A DNA stretch of 64,000 nt from positions 18,255 to 82,254 of the forward strand of contig JBJOGR010000009.1 in NCBI GenBank assembly GCA_046048135.1, read 5' to 3'. The stretch is from Actinomycetota bacterium (lineage in GTDB: Bacteria; Actinomycetota; Actinomycetes; S36-B12; UBA5976). Below, one piece after another: positions 30,095 through 40,142 of the stretch. Both the position numbers and the translations under genes were made by a program. The notes beneath the pieces were generated by a model. It saw only the letters and a program-made list of their open reading frames with translations. It was not told the DNA's origin and made no database searches. Numbering within the stretch: position 1 is the first letter of the stretch; every line of letters starts with the position of its first letter.

Positions 30095-30111
30095 TTATGA
30101 CACCTTTTATC

Positions 30112-30891
30112 TCAAAAAATTGGCCAAGGAATTGCCGGCCATTCTTTACTAGGCTCTGGGAATTTACCTAGTTGCAACACTACCTCAATACGATTTAATG
30201 CAGCTTGCATTTCTTCAAAACTCAATAAATCGTTTCGATTTTCAATCCAATTTGCTATCTCTTTCTTAGCTTTTTCAAATAGTTGTAAATCCTCTTTTTG
30301 GAACTTCTCTCCTATCCAGCCCCACAAAATTGTTCTCAATTTATTTTCCTGATGCCAAGTTAATCCATGGTCAATCATCCAAATTTTTCCATTTCCATCT
30401 TTTAAAATATGACCACCTTTTCTATCTGCATTATTAATAATCAGGTCAAATATCGCGATTTTTCTCAGATTCTCTTCGTCCTCATGAGCCAAACATACTA
30501 ATTTATTAAGTTCATCGTAACCATTTATAACTTTCTTATAGTAGTAAGGAATCTCAGATTCACTTCTTACAATTATTAATTGATTACTAACTTCCTCTAT
30601 CCATTCTTGTACTAAACACTCCCCGATTTCTGGAATATTTCTAGATACAGATAAAGGAACCAAATTAAGTTCTAAGCTATGGCTTAATTCAAATGTAGCA
30701 AGTTCTCTATTATTTAGATCTAATTCTGGAAAATCCCACAATGGTCTAATTAATGCCGCAGGCTTAATAATTACTGAAATTTCAGAATCATTCTTTTTTA
30801 TCTTTGCTTTTATTGCTCCATTTGAAGATTCTGGAATTAGTCCTTGAATTTCAATGTCACCAGTTAATAATAAATCTCTTTTTTCTTCCAC
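30112..30891 (-). CDS. SCO1664-family PI-kinase-like protein
   Basis: RPLWDFP, RE.A, FD.IINNADRKGGHIL, IDHG, KLRT.LWGW, WPAIPWP.F. Confidence 0.9.
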   Translation of the reverse strand: MEEKRDLLLTGDIEIQGLIPESSNGAIKAKIKKNDSEISVIIKPAALIRPLWDFPELDLNNRELATFELSHSLELNLVPLSVSRNIPEIGECLVQEWIEEVSNQLIIVRSESEIPYYYKKVINGYDELNKLVCLAHEDEENLRKIAIFDLIINNADRKGGHILKDGNGKIWMIDHGLTWHQENKLRTILWGWIGEKFQKEDLQLFEKAKKEIANWIENRNDLLSFEEMQAALNRIEVVLQLGKFPEPSKEWPAIPWPIF

Positions 30892-30894
30892 AAT

Positions 30895-31443
30895 TTATCT
30901 TTTATACCCATTTGCTCTGGCGCAAATATGTCCTTGTTGGCCTAATGGTTCTTGACAGAAAGGACACGGTTGTCTTCCAGCTGAGACAAGTCTGCGTGCT
31001 CGTTCCGAAAAATTACGACCTTGAACTGCAGTTAAATAAACTCTTAATACATCCGGTCCACTGGTTTCATTACTATCAATTTCTGGAACCTGTTCATCAC
31101 TTTCTGCATGTGCTTCGACAATTAAATTCTTATTTTTAATGTTCCAACCAAGACTCAATACCCCAGTTCTAAATTCTTCACTGATTGGATTATCTAAAGG
31201 CTCTAAATCTAAATTCCTTGAATCAAATTTAATTGGAATAGATTCATCATTCGAATCATTTTTTATTTGGTCTAGTAAAATGTCTATTCTTTCAGCAAGT
31301 ATTGCAACTTGAGATTTTTCGACAACTACGCTATTAATTACATTTTTTGATTTAGCTTGAAGAAAAAATATTCTTTCCCCAGGTTGTCCCACTGTTCCTG
31401 GCACAAATCTTTCCGGGTTTGGATGAGCAAATATTTTACGCAT
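30895..31443 (-). CDS. DUF3090 family protein
   Basis: GTVGQPGER.FFLQ, EKSQV, C-terminal GR.PCPFC..PL...GHIC.RANG. Confidence 0.92.
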   Translation of the reverse strand: MRKIFAHPNPERFVPGTVGQPGERIFFLQAKSKNVINSVVVEKSQVAILAERIDILLDQIKNDSNDESIPIKFDSRNLDLEPLDNPISEEFRTGVLSLGWNIKNKNLIVEAHAESDEQVPEIDSNETSGPDVLRVYLTAVQGRNFSERARRLVSAGRQPCPFCQEPLGQQGHICARANGYKR

Positions 31444-32090
31444 TATCCTGCACCCCCACCCAAATCAGACTTTGATTTTGAAATCAAATCAAGTCGATTA
31501 TTCATGCTTTTGACTAAAACTTGTTTTTTCCAAACATCAACTATTGAGATGGAACTTGGATCTATTATCACTTTTTGAAAATTATCTAAATTTATTCCCA
31601 AGCAATCGGCGATAAATAATCTAATCGGATCTCCATGCGAGACAATCAATAAATTGTCATCTTTCTTCATTTTGTTCGCTTCTTTCAGAATGAACTTCTT
31701 AAATCGATTTAAAATATTTGTAAATGACTCCCCGCCCGGAAAAGTGACTTTACTTGGTGAATTTTGAACTAACTTCCATAATTTCTCTTTCCTTAAATCT
31801 TTCAACTTTTTGTTCTGCCATTTTCCGTAATCACACTCATTTAATTCATTTGATATTTGAATCTTTATCTTATGATTGTTATTTTTACTTATAATTTCTG
31901 CTGTTGAGACACATCTTTCCATCGGACTTGAAATGACTTTCTTAAATTTGATGTCGCTCAAGGCGAAAGCGGTTTTTAAAACTTGATTCAAACCTTCACT
32001 ATCAAGAACTACACCTTTAGTTCTACCTGCGAGTATTCCTTCTTTATTCGCATTGGTTCTTCCGTGTCTTACTAAATAGATTCTGGGCAC
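31443..32090 (-). CDS. Histidine phosphatase, MSMEG_4193 family
   Basis: LVRHG, SSP.ERC, ECDYG.W, FPGGES, SHGDPI, C-terminal GGGAG. Confidence 0.9.
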   Translation of the reverse strand: MPRIYLVRHGRTNANKEGILAGRTKGVVLDSEGLNQVLKTAFALSDIKFKKVISSPMERCVSTAEIISKNNNHKIKIQISNELNECDYGKWQNKKLKDLRKEKLWKLVQNSPSKVTFPGGESFTNILNRFKKFILKEANKMKKDDNLLIVSHGDPIRLFIADCLGINLDNFQKVIIDPSSISIVDVWKKQVLVKSMNNRLDLISKSKSDLGGGAG

Positions 32091-32099
32091 TTGATAATT

Positions 32100-32918
32100 C
32101 TAGATCGGATTGATAATTTGTGCATTTAGAAGTAGTAAAACAATAATCGCAAGAATTATTCGATAAATCACAAAACTATTTAGAGAATGCTTTCCTAGCC
32201 ATTTTATCAGCCAAGCGATACTTAAATATCCAACGATGAAAGCAATAGCAGTTGCTAATAATGTGGGTCCCCATCCAACTGGATTGTTTTTCGATATATC
32301 TAATAATTCATAAAGCCCCGACAGGACAATGGCGGGAACACTTAGCAAAAATGAAATTCTTGCTGCAGCATCTCTTTTAATTTTTAAAAATCTTGCCGCT
32401 GTAATAGTTGCCCCTGATCTTGAGAAACCTGGTATCAATGCAAGTGATTGAGCAATTCCAATTATGAGAATATGCTTGCTGGAAATATCTTGAATTTCTT
32501 TTTCCTGTTTATTAAATCGATCTGCCAAGTACATTACGAAGGAGAATCCAAGCAAAATTACTGCCACGAGGTATAGGTTTCTGGCACTAGTTCTAATGAA
32601 ATCTTGAGCAAAAAAACCAATTAGAGAAATTGGAATCGTAGCGACCAAAATTGAAATTCCAAGCTTAAAATTGAAATCCCTATTTTTTTTATTAAATAAT
32701 CCTTTAATTAAAGACATTAAGATTTGGTATAAATCTTTTTTAAAATAAATTAATACAGAAAAAATCGTGCCTATTTGAGTTACTGCAGTGAAGGAGGCGC
32801 CAAAATCCTTACTGCCAAATAAAGCTGGGACGATTCGCAAATGAGCGCTGGAGGAGATTGGCAAGAATTCGGTTATTCCTTGCACTACCCCTAAAAAGCC
32901 AGCTAGCCACCATTCCAC
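32100..32918 (-). CDS. uppP: Undecaprenyl-diphosphate phosphatase
   Basis: QGITEFLPISSSAH and LALIPGFSRSGATI motifs. Confidence 0.96.
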   Translation of the reverse strand: MEWWLAGFLGVVQGITEFLPISSSAHLRIVPALFGSKDFGASFTAVTQIGTIFSVLIYFKKDLYQILMSLIKGLFNKKNRDFNFKLGISILVATIPISLIGFFAQDFIRTSARNLYLVAVILLGFSFVMYLADRFNKQEKEIQDISSKHILIIGIAQSLALIPGFSRSGATITAARFLKIKRDAAARISFLLSVPAIVLSGLYELLDISKNNPVGWGPTLLATAIAFIVGYLSIAWLIKWLGKHSLNSFVIYRIILAIIVLLLLNAQIINPI

Positions 32919-32993
32919 GTGATTCTCCCGACTTTTTAGTCAATTTAACTGAAATGAATTTGCTTATTTCAATTATTGCAATAACCTCACAAT

Positions 32994-33983
32994 ATGAGAC
33001 GTAATCTCTTAGCCAACACAGGTGTTGAAGTTTCTTCATTTGCTCTAGGCACTATGACCTGGGGCAATGACACAGATGAACCTGAGGCTAGATCTATTTT
33101 CAAATCCTTTATTGATGCTGGTGGAAACTTTATTGATACGGCCGATAGTTATGCAGCTGGAACTTCAGAAGAATTGGTTGGGCAAATTATAGGAGAAGTT
33201 GGAAATAGAGACTCAATCTTTCTTGCAACAAAAGCGGTCGTCGTGGATCCCCCTAGAAAATATAACGCCAGTGCCTCTCACATAACTAATGCTTTAAATA
33301 CCTCGTTAATCAGACTGGGAGTTGATTTTATTGATTTATGGCAAATGCATCATTGGGATGTTCTAACTCCAATAGATGAGACACTTAGAGCAATAGAACT
33401 TAATTATCGTCAAGGTAAATTTAGGTACTTTGGAATCTCAAATTATTCAAGTTGGCAAACTGCTTTAATTATTAATGAGTGCAAACATTTAAATATTCCA
33501 TTCGTAACTGCTCAGCACGAATATTCATTAGTTGAAAGAAATATTGAAAAAGACTTAATTCCACTTTTGATAAATCAAGAAAAAACTTTACTTCCTTGGT
33601 CTCCATTAGGACGAGGAATCTTGACTGGAAAATATAAATTTGGAACGCCAGTAGATTCAAGGGCCGCATCTACTCATTTTTCCAAATTCATTCAAAAACA
33701 TTTAACTGATGAAAAATCTAGAATTGTAGATTCTGTTATTACCGCAGCAGAAGGTATAGGTAGAACACCTGCTGAAGTGTCTCTTGCCTGGTTAAAAGCT
33801 CAACCAACTGTGGGATCAATAATTCTTGGAGCTAGAAATCTTGCCCAATTGAAAGTTCTTTTGAAGGTGAGCGATCTTGATTTACCCCAAGAAATAATCA
33901 ATGCCCTCTCCGACGTTTCTTCTCCAATTTTTTCCTATCCTGAGTCAAGATGGGTTCAATTAAATAAAGAAGGGGGTAAATAG
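32994..33983 (+). CDS. Aldo/keto reductase
   Basis: LGTMTWG, DTADSY, LATK, GISNY and WSPLGRG motifs. Confidence 0.93.
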   Translation: MRRNLLANTGVEVSSFALGTMTWGNDTDEPEARSIFKSFIDAGGNFIDTADSYAAGTSEELVGQIIGEVGNRDSIFLATKAVVVDPPRKYNASASHITNALNTSLIRLGVDFIDLWQMHHWDVLTPIDETLRAIELNYRQGKFRYFGISNYSSWQTALIINECKHLNIPFVTAQHEYSLVERNIEKDLIPLLINQEKTLLPWSPLGRGILTGKYKFGTPVDSRAASTHFSKFIQKHLTDEKSRIVDSVITAAEGIGRTPAEVSLAWLKAQPTVGSIILGARNLAQLKVLLKVSDLDLPQEIINALSDVSSPIFSYPESRWVQLNKEGGK

Positions 33984-34169
33984 TTGTCCACATCCTGGGA
34001 AATTAGAGAAGTTCCACTACCTTCGAAAACTTCCAGACAAGAAGCAAAAACTATTCTTACCGAATTGGCCGAGTATGGAAGATGGGAATTAGTCAGAACT
34101 AGAATTTATCCAAATGGAATTAAACGTATGTGGGTTAAAAAAAGAGTTTTGAGAGTTGAAAGAACTTAA
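33984..34169 (+). CDS. DUF5703-like small protein
   Basis: WE...LP...SR..A..ILT..AEYG.WEL.R.R.Y..G; TTG start abutting the aldo/keto reductase stop; usual position beside the M20 peptidase. Confidence 0.8.
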   Translation: MSTSWEIREVPLPSKTSRQEAKTILTELAEYGRWELVRTRIYPNGIKRMWVKKRVLRVERT

Positions 34170-35476
34170 ATAGTTTTTAAAAATCGATACATTGTTCTTG
34201 CACCAAACTTAAGCGAATCTAATGGAATTCTTTCATCGTGACCATGAAATAAACTTGTGAAATCCAAATCATTTGGCAACATCAAAGGCGTGAAGCCATA
34301 AGCCTTGATATTAAATTTAGACAACGCTTTAGCATCTGTTCCCCCAGATAACATGTAAGGAACTACTCTTGCTGCAGGATCTTCCTTCTCTAGTGAAGAA
34401 ATCATTGTTTCGACCAAATCATTTTCAAAAGGTGATTCAAGTGCTACGTCAAAAGTCTCAGCCTCAACATTTACTTCTTCACCTACAATTTCTTTTATTT
34501 CTTTCAGAAAAGTATCTTGATTACCAGGCAAAAATCGTCCGTCAACGTATGCACTTGCCTCACCAGGAATTACATTTACTTTGTAACCAGCATTTAGCAT
34601 CGTTGGATTAGCGGTATTTTTCGTTGTAGCTGAGACTAATTTAGCTAGAGATCCTAATTGAGCAATAATTTTTTCAGGATCTTTTGGATCGAATTCTTGA
34701 TTAGTAGCTTTGGCTGTTTCTTGAAGTAGTTGAATTACAGCATCTTTTAATGTAATAGGAAATTTATGGTTTGTTAGTGCATCAATAGCTTTCGAAATTT
34801 TGCTTATTGCATTATCAGAATTAATCATAGAGCCATGACCTGCAGTTCCTTTGGAAGTTAATTTCATCCAAGCAATACCTTTTTGAGCTGTCTCAATTAA
34901 ATAAAGTCTGACTCCATTAGAAAGTGTGTGCGAAAAACCTCCCACTTCGCCTACTGCTTCTGTAGCTTTCTCGAAAAATTCAGGATAGTTATTTACTGCA
35001 TAGTGCGATCCATATTTTCCACCGGCTTCTTCATCGGCAAACATCGCAATAGTGATATTTCGTTTGGGTTTCCATCCATCATTTATCAATTGAGATATCG
35101 AACCTAGAATCATGGCGTTTCCATTTTTCATATCAACAGCGCCTCTGCCCCATAACATTTCTTTATCAATTACAGCTGCAAAGGCATCCTTGCTCCATTT
35201 ATCTCTTTCAACTGGAACAACATCTAAATGCCCGTGTAAAACTAAATCCGGTAAATCTTGGTTTGTGCCTTCAATTCTTGCTAGAACCGAACACCTTTTG
35301 TTGTCTGGTCCAATTATTTTATTTTCAATTTTTAGCGAATTAAGAAAATCTGAAACATATTCGGCTGCTAGTTTTTCTCCAACACTTTCATTATTACCAA
35401 AATTTGTTGTGTCGATTTTGATTAAATCTCGACAAATCTCTACTACCTTGTCTTCTAAAATTTTGACATCTGTCAT
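34166..35476 (-). CDS. M20/M25/M40 metallo-hydrolase
   Basis: HGHLDVVP, GRGAVDMK, ADEEAGG, GHGS, GGTD, HGHDER. Confidence 0.93.
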   Translation of the reverse strand: MTDVKILEDKVVEICRDLIKIDTTNFGNNESVGEKLAAEYVSDFLNSLKIENKIIGPDNKRCSVLARIEGTNQDLPDLVLHGHLDVVPVERDKWSKDAFAAVIDKEMLWGRGAVDMKNGNAMILGSISQLINDGWKPKRNITIAMFADEEAGGKYGSHYAVNNYPEFFEKATEAVGEVGGFSHTLSNGVRLYLIETAQKGIAWMKLTSKGTAGHGSMINSDNAISKISKAIDALTNHKFPITLKDAVIQLLQETAKATNQEFDPKDPEKIIAQLGSLAKLVSATTKNTANPTMLNAGYKVNVIPGEASAYVDGRFLPGNQDTFLKEIKEIVGEEVNVEAETFDVALESPFENDLVETMISSLEKEDPAARVVPYMLSGGTDAKALSKFNIKAYGFTPLMLPNDLDFTSLFHGHDERIPLDSLKFGARTMYRFLKTI

Positions 35477-35546
35477 ACTTCATATCTTGCCTACTAGTCG
35501 ATAACAAATGTCTATTGCATAGCATTATTAGACGTAAAGCATTCTG

Positions 35547-35630
35547 GTCCGAATGGCGGAATAGGTAGACGCGCTAGCTTGAGGTGCTAGTCCCTTAACG
35601 GGGATGGGGGTTCAAGTCCCCCTTCGGACA
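35547..35630 (+). tRNA. tRNA-Leu(GAG)
   Basis: Acceptor stem GTCCGAA/TTCGGAC plus discriminator A, anticodon arm CTAGC-TTGAGGT-GCTAG, long variable arm, T-loop TTCAAGT; CCA not encoded. Confidence 0.95.
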
Positions 35631-35631
35631 C

Positions 35632-36189
35632 TTAAATAAAAAATTCCAAAAATATTGCAGAACCAACGATTAAAAACCAACCGAGTGTTAAAAATCCTGC
35701 AAATGGTTCCAGGTATTTGACATTTTTATTGCTTGAAACTTTTATCAAATCTCTCAAAGTTAAGAAGAATATTGGAATAGTCATACCCCAAACCACAATG
35801 CAATAAGGACAAAGATTTCCAATTACATAAACACTTTGATAAAAAAGCCAACTAACAAATAAAGTCGCTAGACCACTCACTACTGCAATAACTTGATACA
35901 TCCATTTTGGTAATACAAAACCCAATAAACCAAGAACACCAACTAGGACCAAAATTGGAAAACTTGAAACACCTATCACGCTATTGGGAAATCCAAAGAC
36001 GGATGCTTGAGCTGTCTTAACAATATTTCCACAAGCAATGATTGAATTTATATTACAACTTGAAATATAAGTAGGATCTTCAAGTAGTTTAATTTTATCA
36101 ATCGTTAATATAAATGAAGAGAACCAGCCGATAACTCCACCAACTGTTAGTAACCAATTTAAATTTGTGCTAGCAATTTTTTTATTCAT
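35632..36189 (-). CDS. Vitamin K epoxide reductase (VKOR) family protein
   Basis: SCNIN...ACG, QASVFGFPNS, redox motif CPYC; multi-TM. Confidence 0.93.
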   Translation of the reverse strand: MNKKIASTNLNWLLTVGGVIGWFSSFILTIDKIKLLEDPTYISSCNINSIIACGNIVKTAQASVFGFPNSVIGVSSFPILVLVGVLGLLGFVLPKWMYQVIAVVSGLATLFVSWLFYQSVYVIGNLCPYCIVVWGMTIPIFFLTLRDLIKVSSNKNVKYLEPFAGFLTLGWFLIVGSAIFLEFFI

Positions 36190-36732
36190 TTAATTAATTA
36201 CTCCCATATGAGCCAAAGCAAGTTTTAATAGTTTAGATTGACCACCAGTCATTTCGCTCGAGACTTTTTCTGTTTGAGCTTCTTCTGGGCTCAACCAAAT
36301 TAAATCTAAAGCATTTTGACTCGGTTTACAGTCACCTTTTACTACAACGACAAATGCAAGGCTGACCGCATGTTGTCTTGGATCATGAAAACCACTAACT
36401 GAAGGATCTGGAAAATATTCAACAATTGTAAAAGGTGTTGGACTTGGAGATATTTGAGGAAGAGCAGTTGGCCCTAAATCTTTTTCTAAATGTCGAATTA
36501 ATGCTGATCGAACTCTCTCACCGTATAGAACTCGTCCTGAGACCATTGCTCTGCTAATACTTCCATCAGGCATTCCTCTTAATAACAATCCAATTTGAGT
36601 TACATTTCCTAAATCGTCTGTACGTACTGGGATTGCGTCAATATATAAAATTGGTAAACGGTCTCGAATAAATTCAATTTGATCATCAGTAAGCCATGAT
36701 CCAATATTTTCTGTCTCATTGACCATACTCAT
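36190..36732 (-). CDS. DUF4916 / NUDIX-like actinobacterial protein
   Basis: LPILY..AIPVR, VSGRVLYGE.VR.AL.RHLEKDLG, HDPRQHAVSL. Confidence 0.82.
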   Translation of the reverse strand: MSMVNETENIGSWLTDDQIEFIRDRLPILYIDAIPVRTDDLGNVTQIGLLLRGMPDGSISRAMVSGRVLYGERVRSALIRHLEKDLGPTALPQISPSPTPFTIVEYFPDPSVSGFHDPRQHAVSLAFVVVVKGDCKPSQNALDLIWLSPEEAQTEKVSSEMTGGQSKLLKLALAHMGVIN

Positions 36733-36835
36733 GAAAACCCCTTTTATAAAAGTCTAATTCTTCAATTAAATTTAGCAATTTCATGGGTATAAAAGTGTCT
36801 AATTTTGTTTTATTAATAGGCATTAGAGTTACAGA

Positions 36836-37564
36836 ATGAGTTATTCTCCAATTTTTGACCGAGTTCCCACAAGTATCTCATTTGCTATTTGGGCAACTGC
36901 ATTTCTTCAAGGTAGAGAAACACTTGAAAGAGCTGTAGATTGCATCACTGATTCACCTAGGATGGTTAACGTTTTAGGAAAAGTTGAACATCTAACAATT
37001 TTTTTATCTGAATTAAGAAAAAGCTCCTGTCTTGGTATTCGATGCCATTTCCCAGTTTCAGGAAACACAGATTCACTCATTGGAAATGATGAATTTGTTG
37101 AAAAAGCACTTTCTAGTGGTGAAGGACTTACTACAACTGGAGGAAGTATTTATGGCATTGCACAAAATCAAGATTTTTGGGAAGTTTTTTTACGTCAAAA
37201 AGAACCTGTAAAGTCTAAATACAATTGGAAAGATTTAGATCACGAATTTCATCATGCCATTCAAAATGTTAGTCAAGATTTGGAAGCATTTGATCTAATC
37301 AGAGATAATCAAGAAGCAAGAGACTTATTAGTAGATTTAGATCACGATATCTCGAAACAAATATTTCCAGATGATCAAGATAGTAGAGTTACATTTCTGA
37401 TTGGAAGAAGTTTGAGAGTTTTAACAACTTGCCAATTTGTTACTAATCATTGGCTTGAAACTAATAGTGCCACACAATCTAATTTAATTAGAGATAAAAT
37501 ATTAGAACTAGTAAGAATTAGTAGATTGACATTATCTACAACTGTTAATTACGCAATAAATTAG
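36836..37564 (+). CDS. Conserved actinobacterial hypothetical protein
   Basis: 242-aa ORF with a leaderless-type -10 (TAGAGT); S..IWATAFLQG...LR..FP..G pattern recalls uncharacterised actinobacterial proteins. Confidence 0.65.
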   Translation: MSYSPIFDRVPTSISFAIWATAFLQGRETLERAVDCITDSPRMVNVLGKVEHLTIFLSELRKSSCLGIRCHFPVSGNTDSLIGNDEFVEKALSSGEGLTTTGGSIYGIAQNQDFWEVFLRQKEPVKSKYNWKDLDHEFHHAIQNVSQDLEAFDLIRDNQEARDLLVDLDHDISKQIFPDDQDSRVTFLIGRSLRVLTTCQFVTNHWLETNSATQSNLIRDKILELVRISRLTLSTTVNYAIN

Positions 37565-38328
37565 GCACCCATTGAGTGATATCCACCGTCAACGTGAATT
37601 ATTTCTCCCGTTGTTGCAGGAAACCAATCAGATAAAAGAGCTACAACTGCTTTAGCAGAAGGAACAGGATCTGAAATCTTCCAACCTAATGGTGATCTCT
37701 GTGCCCATGCTTCTTCAAATTTTTCAAAACCAGGAATATGTTTTGCAGCAACTGTATTAATTGGACCTGCCGCAATTAAATTAACTCGAATATTTTTTGG
37801 ACCTAAATGTCTCGCAAGATATCTTGAAGTTGATTCCAGCGCTGCCTTTGCAACTCCCATCCAGTCATATTGTGGCCATGATTTTGTTGCATCAAAATCA
37901 AGTCCGACGATGCTTCCACCATTTGGCATTAGATCTACGCATGCCATTGAAAGAGATTTAAATGAGTATGCAGATATTTGTAATGCAGTAGAAACATCTG
38001 GCCATTCAGTCTGAAGAAAATTGCCACCTAATGCAGCTTGAGGAGCAAAACCAATTGCATGTACAACCCCATCAATACTTGCAACATGTTTTTTAATCTC
38101 TGAACTTAAATTTTTAAGATTTTCTTCGTTTGTTACATCTAGTTCCACTATGGGAGCTTTTTTAGGTAAACGAGCATTAGCCCTTTCAGTTGCACCCATT
38201 GCGCGGCCAAATGAACTTAAAACGACATTACCGCCTTCTTCTTGAATTATCTTTGCAACGGAAAACGCTATCGAGTGATCAGTCAGAACACCTGTTACTA
38301 AAATATTTTTTCCATCCATCAAACCCAT
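37561..38328 (-). CDS. fabI: Enoyl-ACP reductase
   Basis: GV.TD.SIAF, LDVT, HAIGFAP, YDWMGVAKAALE. Confidence 0.96.
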   Translation of the reverse strand: MGLMDGKNILVTGVLTDHSIAFSVAKIIQEEGGNVVLSSFGRAMGATERANARLPKKAPIVELDVTNEENLKNLSSEIKKHVASIDGVVHAIGFAPQAALGGNFLQTEWPDVSTALQISAYSFKSLSMACVDLMPNGGSIVGLDFDATKSWPQYDWMGVAKAALESTSRYLARHLGPKNIRVNLIAAGPINTVAAKHIPGFEKFEEAWAQRSPLGWKISDPVPSAKAVVALLSDWFPATTGEIIHVDGGYHSMGA

Positions 38329-38330
38329 AA

Positions 38331-39041
38331 TTAATGCCCCATTCCTAATCCTCCATCAACAGGAATAACAGCACCTGTGATGAAATCTGAATCTTTGGAG
38401 GATAAGAAACTTACTACGCCTGCAATTTCATCAGGACTAGCAGTTCTACCCAAAGGAGTGTTTTGTCTTATAAAATTCTTTCTTTCTTCATCCAAATCAT
38501 CGGTCATATCAGTATCTACATAGCCTGGTGCAATTACATTGACAGTAATTCCACGTACACCAACTTCTCTTGCAAGAGATCGAGCAGCCCCAACTAGACC
38601 TGCTTTTGTACTTGCATAAACCATTTGTCCAGCAGAGCCTAAGAACCCTACAACTGAACCAATAAAAATAATTTTGCCTTTCTTATTTCGTAGCATACTT
38701 TTCACAACTCTTCTGGAAACCCTAATAGCTCCTTTTAGATTTGTATCAATAATTTTTTCCATATCACTATCTTCGATCCTCATAGCTAAGGAATCCTTAT
38801 TAAAACCTGCATTAACGACTAAAATATCGATTGGACCAAGATTTTTTTCAATATCTTCAATTGCTGATTCAATTTCATCCGTCTTTGTTACATCTGCCTT
38901 AACCATATAAAAATTTTCATTTGGTTTATTTTCCCTGTAGGTAATAGCAACTTGGAATCCATCTTGTGAAAGTCTTTTAGCGGTTGCAAGGCCAATACCT
39001 CTGTTGCCTCCGGTAACAACTGCTATTCCCTTATTAGACAT
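38331..39041 (-). CDS. fabG: 3-oxoacyl-ACP reductase
   Basis: TGGNRGIG, NAG, YASTKAG, VDGGLGMGH. Start moved to the MSNKG Met (39041), which has TAGGTT 7 nt upstream. Confidence 0.93.
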   Translation of the reverse strand: MSNKGIAVVTGGNRGIGLATAKRLSQDGFQVAITYRENKPNENFYMVKADVTKTDEIESAIEDIEKNLGPIDILVVNAGFNKDSLAMRIEDSDMEKIIDTNLKGAIRVSRRVVKSMLRNKKGKIIFIGSVVGFLGSAGQMVYASTKAGLVGAARSLAREVGVRGITVNVIAPGYVDTDMTDDLDEERKNFIRQNTPLGRTASPDEIAGVVSFLSSKDSDFITGAVIPVDGGLGMGH

Positions 39042-39152
39042 AGAAAGTAACCTACACTCTCTCGTGGGTAATTTTTGAAAAGAGCCACCAATGCTGTTCA
39101 TCAAATGGCCTGTTTTCGACTTTTGGCGTAGCGTATATAAAGAGGTGAATAA

Positions 39153-39434
39153 ATGACAGAGAAAAATCCAGAGCAGGTTTATGCAATTACATCTGCCGTG
39201 ACGGGTTTAAGTTATGACCAAAATGCTAGAAAACGCAGATATTTGTTTTCGATGAGTCTTAGAACAATATGCTTTGTTGGCGCTGTTTTTGCACAAGGAA
39301 ATTTACGTTGGGTTTTAATTGTTGGTGCAATTTTTCTTCCATATATAGCCGTAGTAATTGCAAATGCGGGTCGCGAAAATTTCTTTTCAACTTCTCAAGC
39401 GCAGTCACCCACAAGGTCAATTGATCAAAATTAG
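39153..39434 (+). CDS. DUF3099 family membrane protein
   Basis: ITSA, R.RRY..SM..RT.CF, LPY.AVVIANAG. Confidence 0.88.
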   Translation: MTEKNPEQVYAITSAVTGLSYDQNARKRRYLFSMSLRTICFVGAVFAQGNLRWVLIVGAIFLPYIAVVIANAGRENFFSTSQAQSPTRSIDQN

Positions 39435-39449
39435 TATTCTGTACTAAGA

Positions 39450-40142
39450 ATGCTTAAAATATTAAAACAACCAAAATGGATTTTACTCACATTTGCTCTC
39501 ATTGTTGCTATTTACGCCTTTATCAATTTATCCGAATGGCAATTTAACAGAAATGATCAAAGGAAAAATCTAAACAAAGAAATATCATTAGCACTTAGTA
39601 AAGATCCAGTAAATGTTTCAGACGCTACCGATTTCAATCAATTTGTCCAATGGCAGCCTGTGCAAATCAGCGGAGAAATTGATAGACAAAATATAAGATT
39701 TGCACGTAATCGCTATCTAGAATCAAACTTGGGCTTTTGGGTAATCGCTCCATTGAAAATAAATGGGGATCAAATGGTACTAATTAATTTAGGATTCATA
39801 CCTATTAATTTTCAGAATCGATTTAACGAATTATCTTTACCTGCGGGAATCATAAAATATGAAGGCTGGATAAGAAAATTAGAAAAGCATAGAGTGACTC
39901 CAAATGATTATCCAGAGTTTCAAATATCATCAATTAGTTATCAAAATTTCACTGGAAACATTAATGAAAACATCTATATTCAAATAAATAATTCTTCTCT
40001 GGATCTTAAAGATATTCAATTCTTACCGCAGCCAACACTTTCCAGCGGTCCACACTTTAGCTATGCAATTCAATGGATAATTTTTGCCGTACTACTTCCA
40101 ATAGGTTGGATTATTCTTTTTAGGGAAGAAAAAACTAAATAG
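39450..40142 (+). CDS. SURF1 family protein
   Basis: L.EWQ..R, N.GFIP, GPH.SYAIQW; two TM helices. Confidence 0.9.
   Translation: MLKILKQPKWILLTFALIVAIYAFINLSEWQFNRNDQRKNLNKEISLALSKDPVNVSDATDFNQFVQWQPVQISGEIDRQNIRFARNRYLESNLGFWVIAPLKINGDQMVLINLGFIPINFQNRFNELSLPAGIIKYEGWIRKLEKHRVTPNDYPEFQISSISYQNFTGNINENIYIQINNSSLDLKDIQFLPQPTLSSGPHFSYAIQWIIFAVLLPIGWIILFREEKTK

Noticed and set aside
35631-37560. Integrated element at tRNA-Leu
   Set aside because: No integrase, no duplicated tRNA 3' end seen, no evident composition shift, and the genes belong to actinobacterial core families.
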